A stretch of DNA of 64,000 bases from the human T2T-CHM13v2.0 reference genome, Homo sapiens: NCBI RefSeq assembly GCF_009914755.1, contig NC_060943.1. One strand, given 5' to 3'. The position numbers and the translations under genes are program-made. Below, one piece after another: positions 27,901 to 41,014 of the stretch; within the stretch, counting starts at the first letter, position 1, and each line of letters begins with the position of its first letter. The notes under the pieces are model-generated. The model worked only from the letters and a program-made list of their open reading frames with translations. It made no database searches and was not told where the DNA came from.

Positions 27901-28952
27901 GGGAGGCCTGGGTACTTGTCTCCATTTCCCCGAAAAGCCTTTGATAAAATCACTTCATCTCTTAAAGTCTCCATCTCACCATTGAGAGCAAGATGGTTGA
28001 TCTCAGTTAAATTTCATCCAGCTCGAAAAACACCATGTCTCTACAATCTTTGCTGAGGAAATGACATTGCTTAAAATTATATATTTTTTGATACTTGCTT
28101 GAATAAAAGTTTCTTTGTCTGTCCAGGACCTGCCTGGGTGTTCTGATGCTCGGAACCTCTACATCCTTCTTCCATGCCTCCTACCTGCGGGCCGCTCTAC
28201 TGGGCCAGTGAATTCACGACAGCTGTTCATTTCTGCCATCTTGGTAAGCATAAGGCCAACGAGGAAAGGAAGGCAGATCTTGAAAGAATAATACCAAGCT
28301 ATTGTACTCTCTTAGGAAGTGTTTCTTCCTCAGCTGTCTGGGCAGAGAAGCTTTCTTAAAGAATGTTTTCATACAAAATTTCTAAAATGCTGAAAATACA
28401 ATAAGATTAACGGCCCCTGGAGGCTATGGCTTAAATATTTTATCTTCTTAGATATCAGTTACACTGCACTTTCCTCCAAGGATCTAAAGTCTTTTAAATA
28501 TAGCATCTAATTAATCCTCCTGTCATCTCTGGATGGAATAGCATCATTACCCCAATTTCACAGGTGAGGACACAGAAGCTATGGGAGGGGTGTCCACAGG
28601 CAGAGGTGGCCTGATTCCAATCAGTAGAGACCTCGGCCACAGCACTGGTGACTGACCCAACAGGGACATCATCAGGAAAAGTCCATTCAGAAGATGACAC
28701 TCACGCCCTACACCACAGAGCTTATAGACTACAGCCAGCAGTCAAGAAAATGGTACCATAGGAGGCTGGGGGACATCTCTGCCTCCCATACACAGACAAG
28801 GCCTCAGAGAGAGAGTGACTCACCTCACCAAGAAGTGACAGATTCATGATCCTGATGACCGCATGGCCAATGAATTACACAATCATTGCGTCTTCACAAA
28901 CAGAAACAACCACTTTATTAATACAGTTGTTGGATCAAAATGGTGTTTTTTT

Positions 28953-29296
<344 letters not shown>

Positions 29297-29905
29297 TCAT
29301 TTGCTTCCATTCACCTGACACCTGCCATGTGTATCAGACATATTGGCCATGCATGACCTCTGTTTCCCAGCCCTGAAATGTACCTGCTGCTACCCTCATT
29401 CAGAGAGGCAGGAGACAGCTTAAACAAGCTTATCAAATTGGTTCCAGCAAGAGAACTAGTGGACAACAGGGCCAGGATTCCTTCCACAACTGTTTTCTGC
29501 CTGCCCTGTTTCCTTTTTTAAACGATTTTTATTGTTTAGATCCAGTGTTCAGCAATGTGGCCCATCACTGCTGGTGAATTCTACTGGATAACACAGCAGA
29601 CGGAAGCTCCAGAAAGAGACGCTTCCACGGATTATAACCATGTCACCATAGTCACCACCACTGCCACTGCTTATGGGAGGTCAGGTGTGGGGTCTTGAGA
29701 AGGAGGAGTTGAAACTCAAAAATCACCCAAAGGCTGTCTCAAAGAAAGGTAGTTTTCTCATTGTCAAAACTCAAAGTTACTCACTCTTAAATGCTTTTCC
29801 TGCCTCCTTTTCGAATCTAAAGCATCAACTACATAGGGAAAGTCAGGCTGCTTTCCAAGCATCAAAGCCAAAAGAGTCTCACTTTTGGCAAAGGTAACAG
29901 GGTTT

Positions 29906-30612
29906 AAAAGAGAAAGAGAGATAGAACCAGGGAGAGAGAGGAACCAGGGAGAGAGGAGGCTGACAGTGGAAGAAAAGGAAAGAGAGGGAGGGGAGAGAGA
30001 GGAGAGGGAAAGGAGAGAGAAGAGAGAGAGAAAATAAAAGAGAGACAGAAAGAGGGAGAGGAGAGAGGAAGAGGAGAGAGAAAGAGTGAGAGGAGAGAGA
30101 AGAAAAGAGAGACAAAGGGAAAGGAGAGAGAGGAGGGGGAAAGGAGAGAGAGGAGGGGGAAAGGAGAGAGAGGAGAGAGAGATAAAAAAGAGAGAAAGAG
30201 GGAGAGGAGAGAGGAAGGGGAGAGATGAAGAGAAGAGATAAAATGTGAGAGGAGCGAGAGAAGAAAAGAGAGAAAGGGAGAGGAAGAGAAGAGAAAAAAG
30301 AGAGAGGAGAGAAAGAAAAGGAGGGAAAAGAGAGAGAGAAGAGAGGAAAAGAGAGAGAGAAAGAGCAAGAGGGGAGAGAAGAAAAGAGGGAGAAGAGAGA
30401 AAAAAGAGGGAGAGAAAAGATGGAGATGTAAAAAGAGAGCAGAGAGAGAGCATGAACATGAATGAGTCTATGTCACTGCGACAGCAACAACAAAGGAAAG
30501 AAAGAAGGAAGGAAGGAAGGAAAGAAAAGGCATGTAGCCATGGAAGATGAAATAGAAAGAGAGAGGAAAATGTGGAAAGAGGTGGAGAAGAGAAAGAAAA
30601 AAGAAAAGAAGA
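29906..30612 (+). repeat. ~700-bp polypurine (GA-rich) tract
   Basis: Almost all A/G; includes AAGGAGAGAGAGGAGGGGGA x~2.5 at 30121-30175. Confidence 0.95.
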
Positions 30613-30819
30613 AGCTGCTGGAGAAACCCCAGCCTTGAGACGGGAGCCTCTGACCCACGTTGTAAAATGACAAGGATTGAGTGAGCGGTTTTTAATACAG
30701 ATAATATTGTCCGTGTAGTCTATAAATATAAAATTAAATGCTGACCTCTCTGGTCCATGTCAAAAGTCCAAGCCAGTGTCAGCACATATTGTTTTTATTT
30801 GTTTCAAGAGAAAATAGAT

Positions 30820-30915
30820 CAACAACATTAACCTCCCAATGAAGAGAGAATTGAATGAATTAAAAAGCAGAGCCATAAATCGCACCGGTTTTATTGGCAC
30901 CATGATAAACATGCC
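30820..30915. promoter_or_regulatory. Candidate enhancer: posterior HOX/CDX and PBX-HOX motif cluster
   Basis: GCCATAAATCG 30872-30882, TTTTATTGGC 30889-30898, TGATAAACA; repeat-free, CpGs retained. Confidence 0.4.
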
Positions 30916-32284
30916 CGAGGCCTCGCAGGGAGTGGGGTCTAGGATATTCTCAATACCCTGCAGCCTCTTTGCCACCAAGAAAGGAAGAGAGATATTAAGA
31001 ACTAAGAACGGGGCGCTGTTCTCCCACTTCCACCACCTCTATCCATCACCATCTGACAAAGGCTCCAGCACACGCTTCGAGAAAAATATTGAGAAGAAAA
31101 AGAACCTAGAAACAGGGCAATTTGGAGAGGCCTTCGGGGAGCCAGGGGTGCCCAAGCGGCCCACTCGCCAGCTGCAATTAACAAGAGGACTTGTCAGGGA
31201 AGAGGGGGAAGCTGGGCGTGGGATTTCCAGGACACAACTCACAGGCCATCAGCCGGAGAGAGCATCCTGGGGGCTGCTGGCTGGTCCTCTGCCCTCTCCC
31301 GGCTCCAGCCCTCCTCAGACCAGTGGGTTATGCACACAGACAGCTGCTTGCCAATGAAGGAAACACACTTTATTTCCAGCTTAAGAATTCACACCATCAC
31401 TTGGGCAGTTGCTAAATAAAGCACCATTTCCCTTATCCATTTCATGTGGACCTTTTAGCACTTACTTTATAATGATTCAGAACCATTTTTAATTATGAAG
31501 ACTTAGCTGAACACATTCGTTTACAAAGAAGAGATATTCACAGACAGTTGTGCTTTCTGCTTTGCCAGCCTGGCCTCAGGAAGCCATGCAGAAGAAAATT
31601 TCCAGGAATTTAGAGTGTTCATTCCTCCTGTTCACACCCCTTCTTACCTTCATTCACTTCCTCTTTTATGGCTGGAAGTCTGGAGCTAGGGTGATGAGCA
31701 GAGTGGAGATTGAAGAAATTCTTTAAAGTCCCCGGTTGACTTTTTGATAACTCCCTTAGCCACCACCAGCAGAGAAGAGGAGGACTCAGTGATTTGGGGA
31801 AAAGAATCTTACATGAGAGAAGTACGTAAAAGGCGACATAAATCGTACTGAAAACAACTTTCGTTTATAAACAAAAGAAAATGTTATATATTTATAAACC
31901 AATGGCAGACCAATTGGCTAGACCTGTAAAACTCAAAAATAATTACCCTTTGGAACAAACCTACAAAGCAAAAGATTCTTCAGCTATTAAACTATTTTCG
32001 GTAAGTCATTATTTTATGAAGCTATTATTTGCTCTACCATCTCTACTGATTTAGTTACAGATATTTTAAGTCTGTGTCTGACTGTGACAAAACTCGGTCA
32101 GGGTGACCACCCAGTTATCTGGGCTCATGGACATGGTATTCTTTTAACCAGTTAAGGTTACATTTACTTAATTAGATCTGAGAAGTGTTCTCTTTGGCTG
32201 TGGGAGTATGTGCAGGTGTGAGCTTGGCACATTGTCCACAATCTTTCCAATTAGGACTTCCTTTTTTTAAATAATAAAAATAAC

Positions 32285-32520
32285 AATAATTGTGGCCAGC
32301 ACACACAGGACTCATGGTGTGTCATGTATTGCTCTAAGGGCTTAGCCCAGATAAACACATTTCATTCCCACCACTCCCCTGCCAGGCAAAGCATTGGCTG
32401 TGTGTCCAGAAAACAGAGGCACAGACAGGTCACATCGTTTGCCCAAGGTTACCCAATAAATGGCAGAAGTAGGATTCCAGCCCTGGCCGTCTGGCACTGG
32501 AGTCTCTGCTCTAGGTCACT
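32285..32520. mobile_element. MIR fragment
   Basis: GAAAACAGAGGCACAGACAGGTCACATCGTTTGCCCAAGGTTACCC..GGCAGAAGTAGGATTC. Confidence 0.7.
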
Positions 32521-33279
32521 CTGCTGTACGCTTCTTCCTTTCCTGGGCCCTGTCTGGCAGCTCCCTGAGTCTCTCATCATGTAATTTTAAAGGCCACATT
32601 TGTCTTTTCCAGCCTGTGTACAATGTAGGTTGCCAAGTCCACCCTGCCCAAGGCCGCAGTGTGGCTTAGAAGAGGAATAGCTGGAACTTGGCTGGAATTG
32701 ACCCCAATCTGGTCACCCAGGGCTCCCATCCCCTGACACTCTCTCCAGTGTCTCTGTGTGTCCCCTCTAGTGGGCTCTCTGGGAGTCACAGTCATGTCAG
32801 ATGGTGGAGGTTGGCCCAGAGCTATTTGTGCTGAAGCATTTCTCAGTACTCCTCATGGAAACAGCTCCTTGAGATTTAAACTGCAGCATCCCGGTCACCG
32901 GGCATAGGGCGGGGAAAAGGGATGCCCCTCTGTCCTGCAGGATTCTCGTCTCTCAGTCACCAGCATCCGTCTTTTGTCCAAACAAAAGAATATTCATGTA
33001 AACTGACTCAAGCACATTGCAGTGGGGCTGGATTTCAGTTTGCCAGACTCTCCCAAGCACTTTTAGATTGCAGTTTGCATGAGGGATGACATCCACTGTT
33101 GGAACACGAAGCAGGTATACCCAAGTCAGTCAACACCATTTCCATTTTAATATTAACACACACATAAACAACTCAAACCTGTGGCTTCAATGAACTGATT
33201 TCTCTCTCTCCAGCAGCCCAGTTACCTGAGACATGTTGGACAGCTTGGCTCTGGTCAGAATATATCACCCACCATGGCC

Positions 33280-33480
33280 TGGGACTTCAGAGACTACCTG
33301 CCGATTCCTCTATGATAGACATTTGTTGCTGTGAGACCTGGGAAAAGTTGCTCAGCTACTCTGAGCCTGTTACCTCCTCTATAAAAATGGGAATTTCTAA
33401 AGTATCAACCTCATAGGGCTTTTAAATGCTTTTGTAAAGCACCTGGCAGAGTTCCTGGGGCATAGTAGGTGTTCGATAAA
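33280..33480. mobile_element. MIR fragment
   Basis: GCTGTGAGACCTGGGAAAAGTT..CTCTGAGCCTG..AAAATGGG..ACCTCATAGGG..GTAAAGCACCTGGCA. Confidence 0.7.
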
Positions 33481-33694
33481 AGTGAGCTTGTGTATGTGGC
33501 TGATCTTCCTAGTAATGCAAAATGAGACACGTCACCCATGGGTGACAGGCATCTCCCACTGCCCCACATCCCAGGGGACCAAAAAGAAAGTAGCTGCTGA
33601 TAAATATCACATTGCTCTCAAATGCACCTATTTTGCAGAATTCTTGGGTTTTATCCAGAGGCTTGATGTCATATGATTTCAGCTTAATATTTTC

Positions 33695-34227
33695 TTTTTT
33701 ATTATTATTATGCTTTAAGTTCTAGGGTACATGTACACAACGTGCAGGTTTGTTACATAAGTATACATGTGCCATGTTGGTGTGCTGCACCCATTAACTC
33801 GTCATTTACATTAAGTATATCTCCTAATGCTATCCCTCCCCTCTCCCCCAACCCCACGACAGGCCCCGGTGTGTGATGTTCCCCACCCTGTGTCCAAGTG
33901 TTCTCATTGCTCAGTTCCCACCTATGAGTGAGAACATGCATGTTTGGTTTTCTGTCCTTGCAATAGTTTGCTCAGAATGATGGTTTCCAGCTTCATCCAT
34001 GTCCCTACAAAGGACATGAACTCATCCCTTTTTATGGCTGCATAGTATTCCGCGGTGTATATGTGCCGCATTTTCTTAATCCCCAGTGATCCCATTACTG
34101 GGTATATACCCAAAGGATTATAAATCATGCTGCTATAAAGACACATGCACACGTATGTTTCTTGCGGCTTTATTCCCAATAGCAAAGACTTGGAACCAAC
34201 CCAAATATCCATCAGTGATAGACTGGA
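33695..34227 (-). mobile_element. L1PA (PA3-5-like) 3' end with 5' inversion (twin priming)
   Basis: 33695-34082 antisense L1 3'UTR/ORF2 end (CTTTAAGTTCTAGGGTACATGT); 34083-34228 sense segment (GATCCCATTACTGGGTATATACCCAAAGG..GACTGGAT); TSD TCAGC(T/C)TAATATTTTC at 33679-33694 and 34228-34243. Confidence 0.92.
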
Positions 34228-36547
34228 TCAGCCTAATATTTTCAAGCCTGTTGGTAAAACGTTTCTAACCCATTTCCAAGACAGCCTTGGGAGGTAGGTG
34301 GTCTGCCCTTAGAGAAACATCTCTGAGAAGTGGGTCTGGCCCAGATGATGTAGAATGTGGTGCCTCTGGGACTGTCCTAGAGGGTTCTGTCCCCACTAAC
34401 ACCCAGTAACCACACTTCCTTCCCAAGACATGGCTAGGAAGTAGCAAGTCTCTACAGGGTGAACGTCCTTTCCCAAGCCTGAGCATAGATGGACGATCAG
34501 ATTTCCAAGCTGTGGAAATTCACTCTGATCTGCTTCAGGCCTAAACATCATACCTCATCTCCCCTCCTTGAAGGAGACCTTTCCATAAGGGCTTAGAGAC
34601 GTCCAAAACAAAGAATAGAAGGAAGACCTGCAAATCAAACACAAACAAACACTATGCTGGACCCCAAGCCAAATGCGTTCCATCTCAGCTAATGGAGCCA
34701 GAAATAATTTCTGTTAATTTCTCTGCCTCTTAGAAAGAGACATTTTCAATTCAGGTAAGATATTGCTGAGCTAAATGCCAAGATCTTAGTCTCAGACCAT
34801 CGAGATCCAGATTGGTTTGTCAGAGAAATGTGAGTCATTTTCCGGGGGTGAGTGTTGAAAAGAATGTCAGGAAAGTGGCTGTACCAGCACAAACCTATTC
34901 ACCTTTCCAACTACTCAATGCCCTTGCATTGTTTCTATAGATGATTTTCTGTTTAGGAAGCAGAGGTCTTGTTTATAATGATACAAAGTGATGAGTGAGT
35001 CCATAGTGATGAGGTTAATTAATTCAGGAGGTGTAGATACTCCAACTGGGTAATTCAAGATGAAAATATGGAGTTCGGCATGTGTGAGAAATAAAAGTCT
35101 TAATCTCCTTTATCACTCTGTTTTATATAGAAGTTTTATTAACATGTGCTAGGGAAAGAGGGCAGAGGATAAAACATCCACATGTCAGCCATTTTCTCTG
35201 AGAGACTGGCAGGGGTCTGGCCTGTAGATCTTCAGAGAATGATGTTGAATTATTACCCACCATTAGGAGGGAGTGTTCATTTCTCATTTGTCTGGGATAG
35301 AAAAGCTTCTTCCATAATACTGAGAGCTAATAGCTCCACAAAGAGTAGAGTTTGAGTTCCTAAATTACCAGGACTGGCTAGGAACCAAGTCTAAACTCGC
35401 CCAGCTTTCCACGTCTCACTTTCCATTTGAGCACGAGAGATACCAACCCCAGATCAGACGTCCCAGGGGACCAAGGAAAAATTAACCAGGCATCAGGCTG
35501 CTGATAAATATTACGTCCTCCTCAAATGGATCTATTAGGCAGAATTCTAAGGTTTTATCCAGAAGCTTGACATCATGTGAATCCATCCTCATCTTTTCAT
35601 CCCTGTTGCTAACATGTTTCTGAAGTACTTTCAACCCAACTGAAGACTGTGTGCCCGCAAAATGAAGGGCTCACTTAAAAACCAGTGATTTTCCTTCTGC
35701 TCTGAAGGGGGTGCAGGCAGGTGCATCTCTGCTGCCCTGTCATTATCAGGCCTCTTGTTGGCCCTGCAGGCAACTGAGAATCCCCCACTAGGGGAGAGGA
35801 GGTGCCAAAGGCAGGCAGGAGGTGATTGGTTCAGGTATTGATCAATTCTTACTCACACATGACCTTTCACCTCCCTCAGAGCATGGCAGCCACAGCTAAC
35901 GTCTGATATTCACATTTGTAATTAAACTGGAATATTAAACATCTGCATCCATGACAACCTGGGCGATGATCTCATTTGATCCCCCATGCCCAGCAGAGAG
36001 CAGCTCCCAGTGAGCTGGAGAGAGAGTGCACCAGGGATGCAGCAGCCACACAGCCTGCTGGGCAATCCAGGGGGTAGGAGGCTCCGTTGCCTTTGCCCAA
36101 TCACACTGCACTGCCAATCTTCACTGCTTGGGACTGGCTGGAAGAATCTGGATGCATCTATGTCAATGCAGGAGGGAAACTGAGCCATAGCAATGAGCAT
36201 TCACTAAGCATGCTGCATGCCCAAGAACCATGTTATTGGGCCCTGCAAGTGTCTCCTCACTCGGACCTCCTGGTTGTACAGATGAGGACAGGCCCAGGGA
36301 CCCATGACCAATGGCTCAGTGATGGAAACCAGAGCTCCATGCTGAAGCAGAGCGTTTTATACCCCACAAAGCACCTCCTAATTCAGTGCTACAACTTCTC
36401 CACACAGCAGCCTCTAAGACATTGGTAGGGAAGGATCATAACTATTGGCGATAACAGACTAGAGGCTCAGCGGTTATGTCTCCCATTTAAGCCCTCTACA
36501 GGACACTCATAATTTTTAAAACTTTGCATATAACCAAAAGACAATGA

Positions 36548-36895
<348 letters not shown>

Positions 36896-37660
36896 TAGAA
36901 ATTATGGTACATGTTAAATATTTACTTTTTACAAATTAATATCTTTAACACATAGATGTAATATTTTTGTGATAACTGGGATATTTATTAAATCTGTAAT
37001 ACATAAGTACATTACAGATAGTGTGGGCTGGTGATGGTCTCTTGCTTAAAATCAGCGTGACAAAACCATCTGCATCCGTGTGTAACTGCTCAGACTCAAG
37101 TGGAAGCTGAGCCAGACCTTTGTATGTGGAAAGCTCTGGTTCAAATAGCACCAGGTCTGAGGTCCCCTAACCCCCAGGCCTCTGAGTTTTCTGCCATTCC
37201 AGAGCGTTCAAGTGAGCAAATGTTCAGGTGGACAATTGTATGCCTGACAGTGACCATGGGGAGGGGACGTTTCTCTGTCTACGCACACAGCCTGGCCATC
37301 CTGTATAGTTAAACAGCTCTTGCCTTCTTCCCAAAGATGCAAGAGTTGATTGCTGGAGATTTGACTGACAGTTTATAAGGCATTCTTGGATGCATCAAGA
37401 CCAAAGGCATCTATAAACATAATTCAATCACATCAATTTCCATTACTCTATGTGAAGGAGCACTCTTGGGGAAGGATGTGCTCCAAACTAGGTCATTGCT
37501 CTTCACACTCTGGAAGGTGACCCACAGGCAGCAGTGTATAGATCATTCATGACGGTCTTGGCAGGAGACCCTGAAGGAGCCTCTGAGGACATGAGCAAGA
37601 GGCAGACCAAGGACTCTTGCCTGGGAAGCTTTGCAAAGGACATCTCTAAAACTTACTGGA

Positions 37661-38272
37661 GATCAGTCACGTTGGCTTACTTCTGCAGTGCCAGCACTTT
37701 GGGAGGCCAAGGCAGGAGGATTGCTTGAGCCCAGGAGTTTGAGACCAGCCTGGGCAACATGGCAAAACCTTGTCTCTATAGAAAATACAAACATTGGGCT
37801 GGGCACGGTGGCTCATGCCTGTAATCCCAGCACTTTGGGAGGCTGAGGTGGGTGGATCACGAGGTCAGGAGGTCAAGACCATCCTGGCTAACATGGTGAA
37901 ACCCCGTCTCTACTAAAAATACAAACAATTAGCTGGGCGTGGTGGCGGGCGCCTGTAATCCCAGCTACTCAGGAGGCTGAGGCAGGAGAATGGCGTGAAC
38001 CTGGGAGGCAGAGTTTGCAGTGAGCTGAGATTGCGCCACTGCGCTCCAGCCTGGGCGATAGAGCCAGACTCCATCTCAAAAAGAGAAAGAAAAAGAAAAT
38101 ATAAACATTAGCCAATGTTGTGGTGCACACCTCTAGTCCTAGCTACTTGAGTGGCTGAGGTGGATCATTTGAACCTGGGAGGTTGAGGCTGCAGTGAGCT
38201 GAGATTGTGCCACTGCACTCCAGCCTGGGCAACAAAGTAAGACCCTCTCTCTCAAACAACCACCACAACAAC
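37661..38272 (+). mobile_element. AluJ host split by a nested AluY
   Basis: Left monomer 37661-37795, right monomer 38110-38272; TSD AAACTTACT. Confidence 0.9.
37797..38093 (+). mobile_element. AluY nested in the AluJ mid A-rich linker
   Basis: GATCACGAGGTC..ACCATCCTGGCTAAC, AGAATGGCGTGAACC; TSD AGAAAATA(C/T)AAACATT at 37780-37795 and 38094-38109. Confidence 0.95.
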
Positions 38273-38649
38273 AAACTTACTTGGCGGGGAGCAAGGGAAG
38301 ATGACAGGGGTAGAAAAACATATGTTGTCTGGGCTGTCCAACACTCATTTTCCCCTTTCATGGTCACTCAATACATATATAGTCCTTGGGGAAGCACCTC
38401 TCCCTTTCTCTTGGTCCTCATCTTTTGTATGGGCTGTGTCTACTCTAGGCTTGGAGGGGGCCATTCAGAGCATTAACATGCCCCCTACATCACAGACGCA
38501 CGAGTGTTCCCATCTCCAAGAACTTTTCCTCTAGTGCCTTGTTCCCAGCCAGTGACCCAGAGGACTAAGTCATGTTAATTTACACTAAAATGTTAGTGAC
38601 TGAAGAGTTCCTTGTTGTACTTTAGACAGTACTTGATTGTCACAGGGTA

Positions 38650-38870
38650 TTTGAAAGCCATGGACTTTGTTATCAGATCCTGTCCCAACTTCCCTTATAG
38701 TGGTTATTTGGCCTTGAACAGAACAAATTGTTTAACCTTTTTTGGCCATAGTCTACTCCTTTGTAAAATGAAGTTAGTAATATCTACCTCTTCTGTCCTT
38801 TTGTGATGCAGATATTTGTAAATAGCTCAGCACAGCATCTGGTCCACGGTAGCACCCAATAAATGACCAA
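38650..38870. mobile_element. MIR fragment
   Basis: TGTAAAATGAAGTTAGTAATATCTACCTC..CTCAGCACAGCATCTGG..CCAATAAATG. Confidence 0.6.
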
Positions 38871-39491
38871 TGTATGATCAGGGTTGGAGTGGGCAGGAAG
38901 AGGCCTTCATGCATTCATGAGTGCTTGGTGTCTGCAGCAATACCTGCCAATGCTGGCTGTGGGCAGACCACCCCTGCGCCTCATTTGGGACCCTCACCAG
39001 GGTCAGGATTAATGTCACTTCTCTGCATGGTAGTTGGAGGTATATTTCTCCCCTGAAACCCCTTTGAACTTTCTGATTAGCACAGAGAATTGGCACTTGA
39101 GCTGGCACCTGGAGACCATGGCAAGGCAAGACCATGAAGGCAAGGTGGCAATGAAGTCAAACTGGTGCAGCAGAAAGAGCACTAGAGTGGGAGTGTGGAG
39201 TTCTGGCCAACTGCCTCCCTGTCTCCTGCTCCCTGAAGATGCTGGTCATGTCATTCTTTTCTGGTTCACTTTCCCCTCACATGGCTGAGATGAGGATCCT
39301 GGGGTTGTTTCATAAACTGAATAAGTTCTTGCTCACAGCCAGGTCAGGAAGGCTGCAGATCCAGACCCTCCTCTGCCATTGTTAGCTTCCAAGGGTAGCT
39401 CCAGCATGCTTTATTCATGAGCCCTCATGTTGATCCAGGAGTTTGCGGAGATGTGGAAATTAGGGAAAGAGGTAATAATCCACTCAGGTAC

Positions 39492-39854
39492 TGTTAGGGA
39501 CTGAATGTTTGTCTCCCTGTCAAATTCCTATGTTGAAATTCTAAGCCCAAGAGCAATGGTATTTGGAGGTGTGGCCTTTGGGAAGTAATTGAGGGTAGAT
39601 TATGTCATGATGATAAGAGCCCTATGATGGGATTAGTGCCCTTATAAAAAGAGTAGGACATGGGATCTTTCTGTCTCTCTCTCTGCTTTCCACTATAGGA
39701 GGATCCAAGGAGAAGACAGCTGCCTATGAACCACTGGATCTGCCACTTCCTTGGTCTTGGACTTCTCAGCCTCCAGGACAGTGAGAAATAAATGTTTGTT
39801 GTTTAAGTCCCCAACTATGGCACTTTATTACAGCAGCTCAAACTGACCAAGACA
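39492..39854 (+). mobile_element. MLT1A-type MaLR solo LTR
   Basis: TGTTAGGGACTGAATGTTTGT..AAATTCCTATGTTGAAAT..CTTGGACTTCTCAGCCTCCAG..GACCAAGACA. Confidence 0.85.
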
Positions 39855-40296
39855 GATGCACAGAATGAAATTCTCCAGGGGAACATGAATCATGTCCATC
39901 TGACCAGGAGCTAAGTCACAGTTCTGAAGCATAATTGGGAGGAGGAGGAGGAAAACACCTTTACCTACACTTAACCCTTCCTTTGGGGTTCATGAAAGGA
40001 CATTTATTGCACATATCAGGTCTACATATAAGTGTGCATGTATACATTTATGTGCATGCATGCAGAGACACACATACACTTGCACACAAACACATATGAC
40101 ACCTATCTGCAGCATGCACAAACACACATATTCTCCCAGGCTATTGGAAGTCCTGCTATGAGAGTACCATAACCCTGAGTGTTCTCATTCATGTCCCAGA
40201 TCTCTTTCCTACCCAGACTCTGGGCATCTGACACTAAGCCTTTCTTCAACTTCCAAATTCAATCTGCTACTCCAGGCTGCTCTGAAATAGTGGGTA

Positions 40297-40809
40297 TGTA
40301 TCAGTTAGTTCTTGCTGCATAACAAAATGCCCCAAAATATAGTGGCTTAGATGACAAGCAACCACCCAGCTCACTATCTGTGAGCCAGCAATGTGTGCTG
40401 GGCCCAGCAGAGTAGTTCTTCTAGACTAGGCTGGGCTCCCTCATGTGTCTGCAGTCAGCTGCCAAGTCACTGGAAGCCTGAATAGTCTAAGATAACCTCA
40501 GCTGGGATGGCACATCTCACTCTACATGGTTTCTCATCCTCCAGAAAGCCAGCCTGGGCTTGTCAATATGGAGTTCACAGCGTTCCAAAAGAAACAGAGC
40601 AGAGGCACGAAAGGCCTTTTGAAGCTGAGGCTGAGAAATGTATGTTGTTTTTCTCTGCTGCATTCTGTTGGCCAAAGCAAGGTACATGACTAGCTGAGAT
40701 TCACACAGAGGGAGAGGGAGTCTACCTACTGGTGGAAAGAATGGCAAAGTCACATTGGAAAGAGAGAGGGGATGGGGGGCAATGCCATTTTTTCAAATAA
40801 TTAATCACA
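40297..40809 (-). mobile_element. MLT1 (F/G/H-like) LTR
   Basis: TGTATCAGTTAGTTCTTGCTGCATAACAAAATGCCCCAAAAT..GCATTCTGTTGGCCAAAGCAAG. Confidence 0.75.
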
Positions 40810-41014
40810 GGAGAGATACAGCAAAGGGCCCTGGTGATGGCCTGTAGAATTACCAGGAGTCCCAACTAAGCCACACAGGGCCTGGGTTTCTTGCGGCTCC
40901 ACCCTCACACCTTCCACCCCTTCCTTGCTGCAGTAACCCTGCTGTTTCCCCTAAACACGCGAAAACCATTTTGCTCTGCTACGTTTTTCACTGACAGTTG
41001 AGAATACTTTTTTT

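Noticed and set aside
29764-30550. 231/154/101-aa Leu/Ser/Phe- or Arg/Glu-rich ORFs
   Set aside because: Translations of the GA/TC low-complexity tract
30839-31357. 172-aa ATG ORF in unique sequence
   Set aside because: No recognisable domain or homolog; the sequence reads better as TF motifs. PhyloCSF or Ribo-seq would be needed to rescue it.
32758-32776. CTCF-like CCACTAGAGGGGAC on the minus strand (similar near-match at ~23530)
   Set aside because: Mismatch at a core position; not supportable without ChIP data
33753-34268. ORFs resembling the L1 ORF2p C-terminus
   Set aside because: Fragments of the truncated, inverted L1PA; not a functional gene
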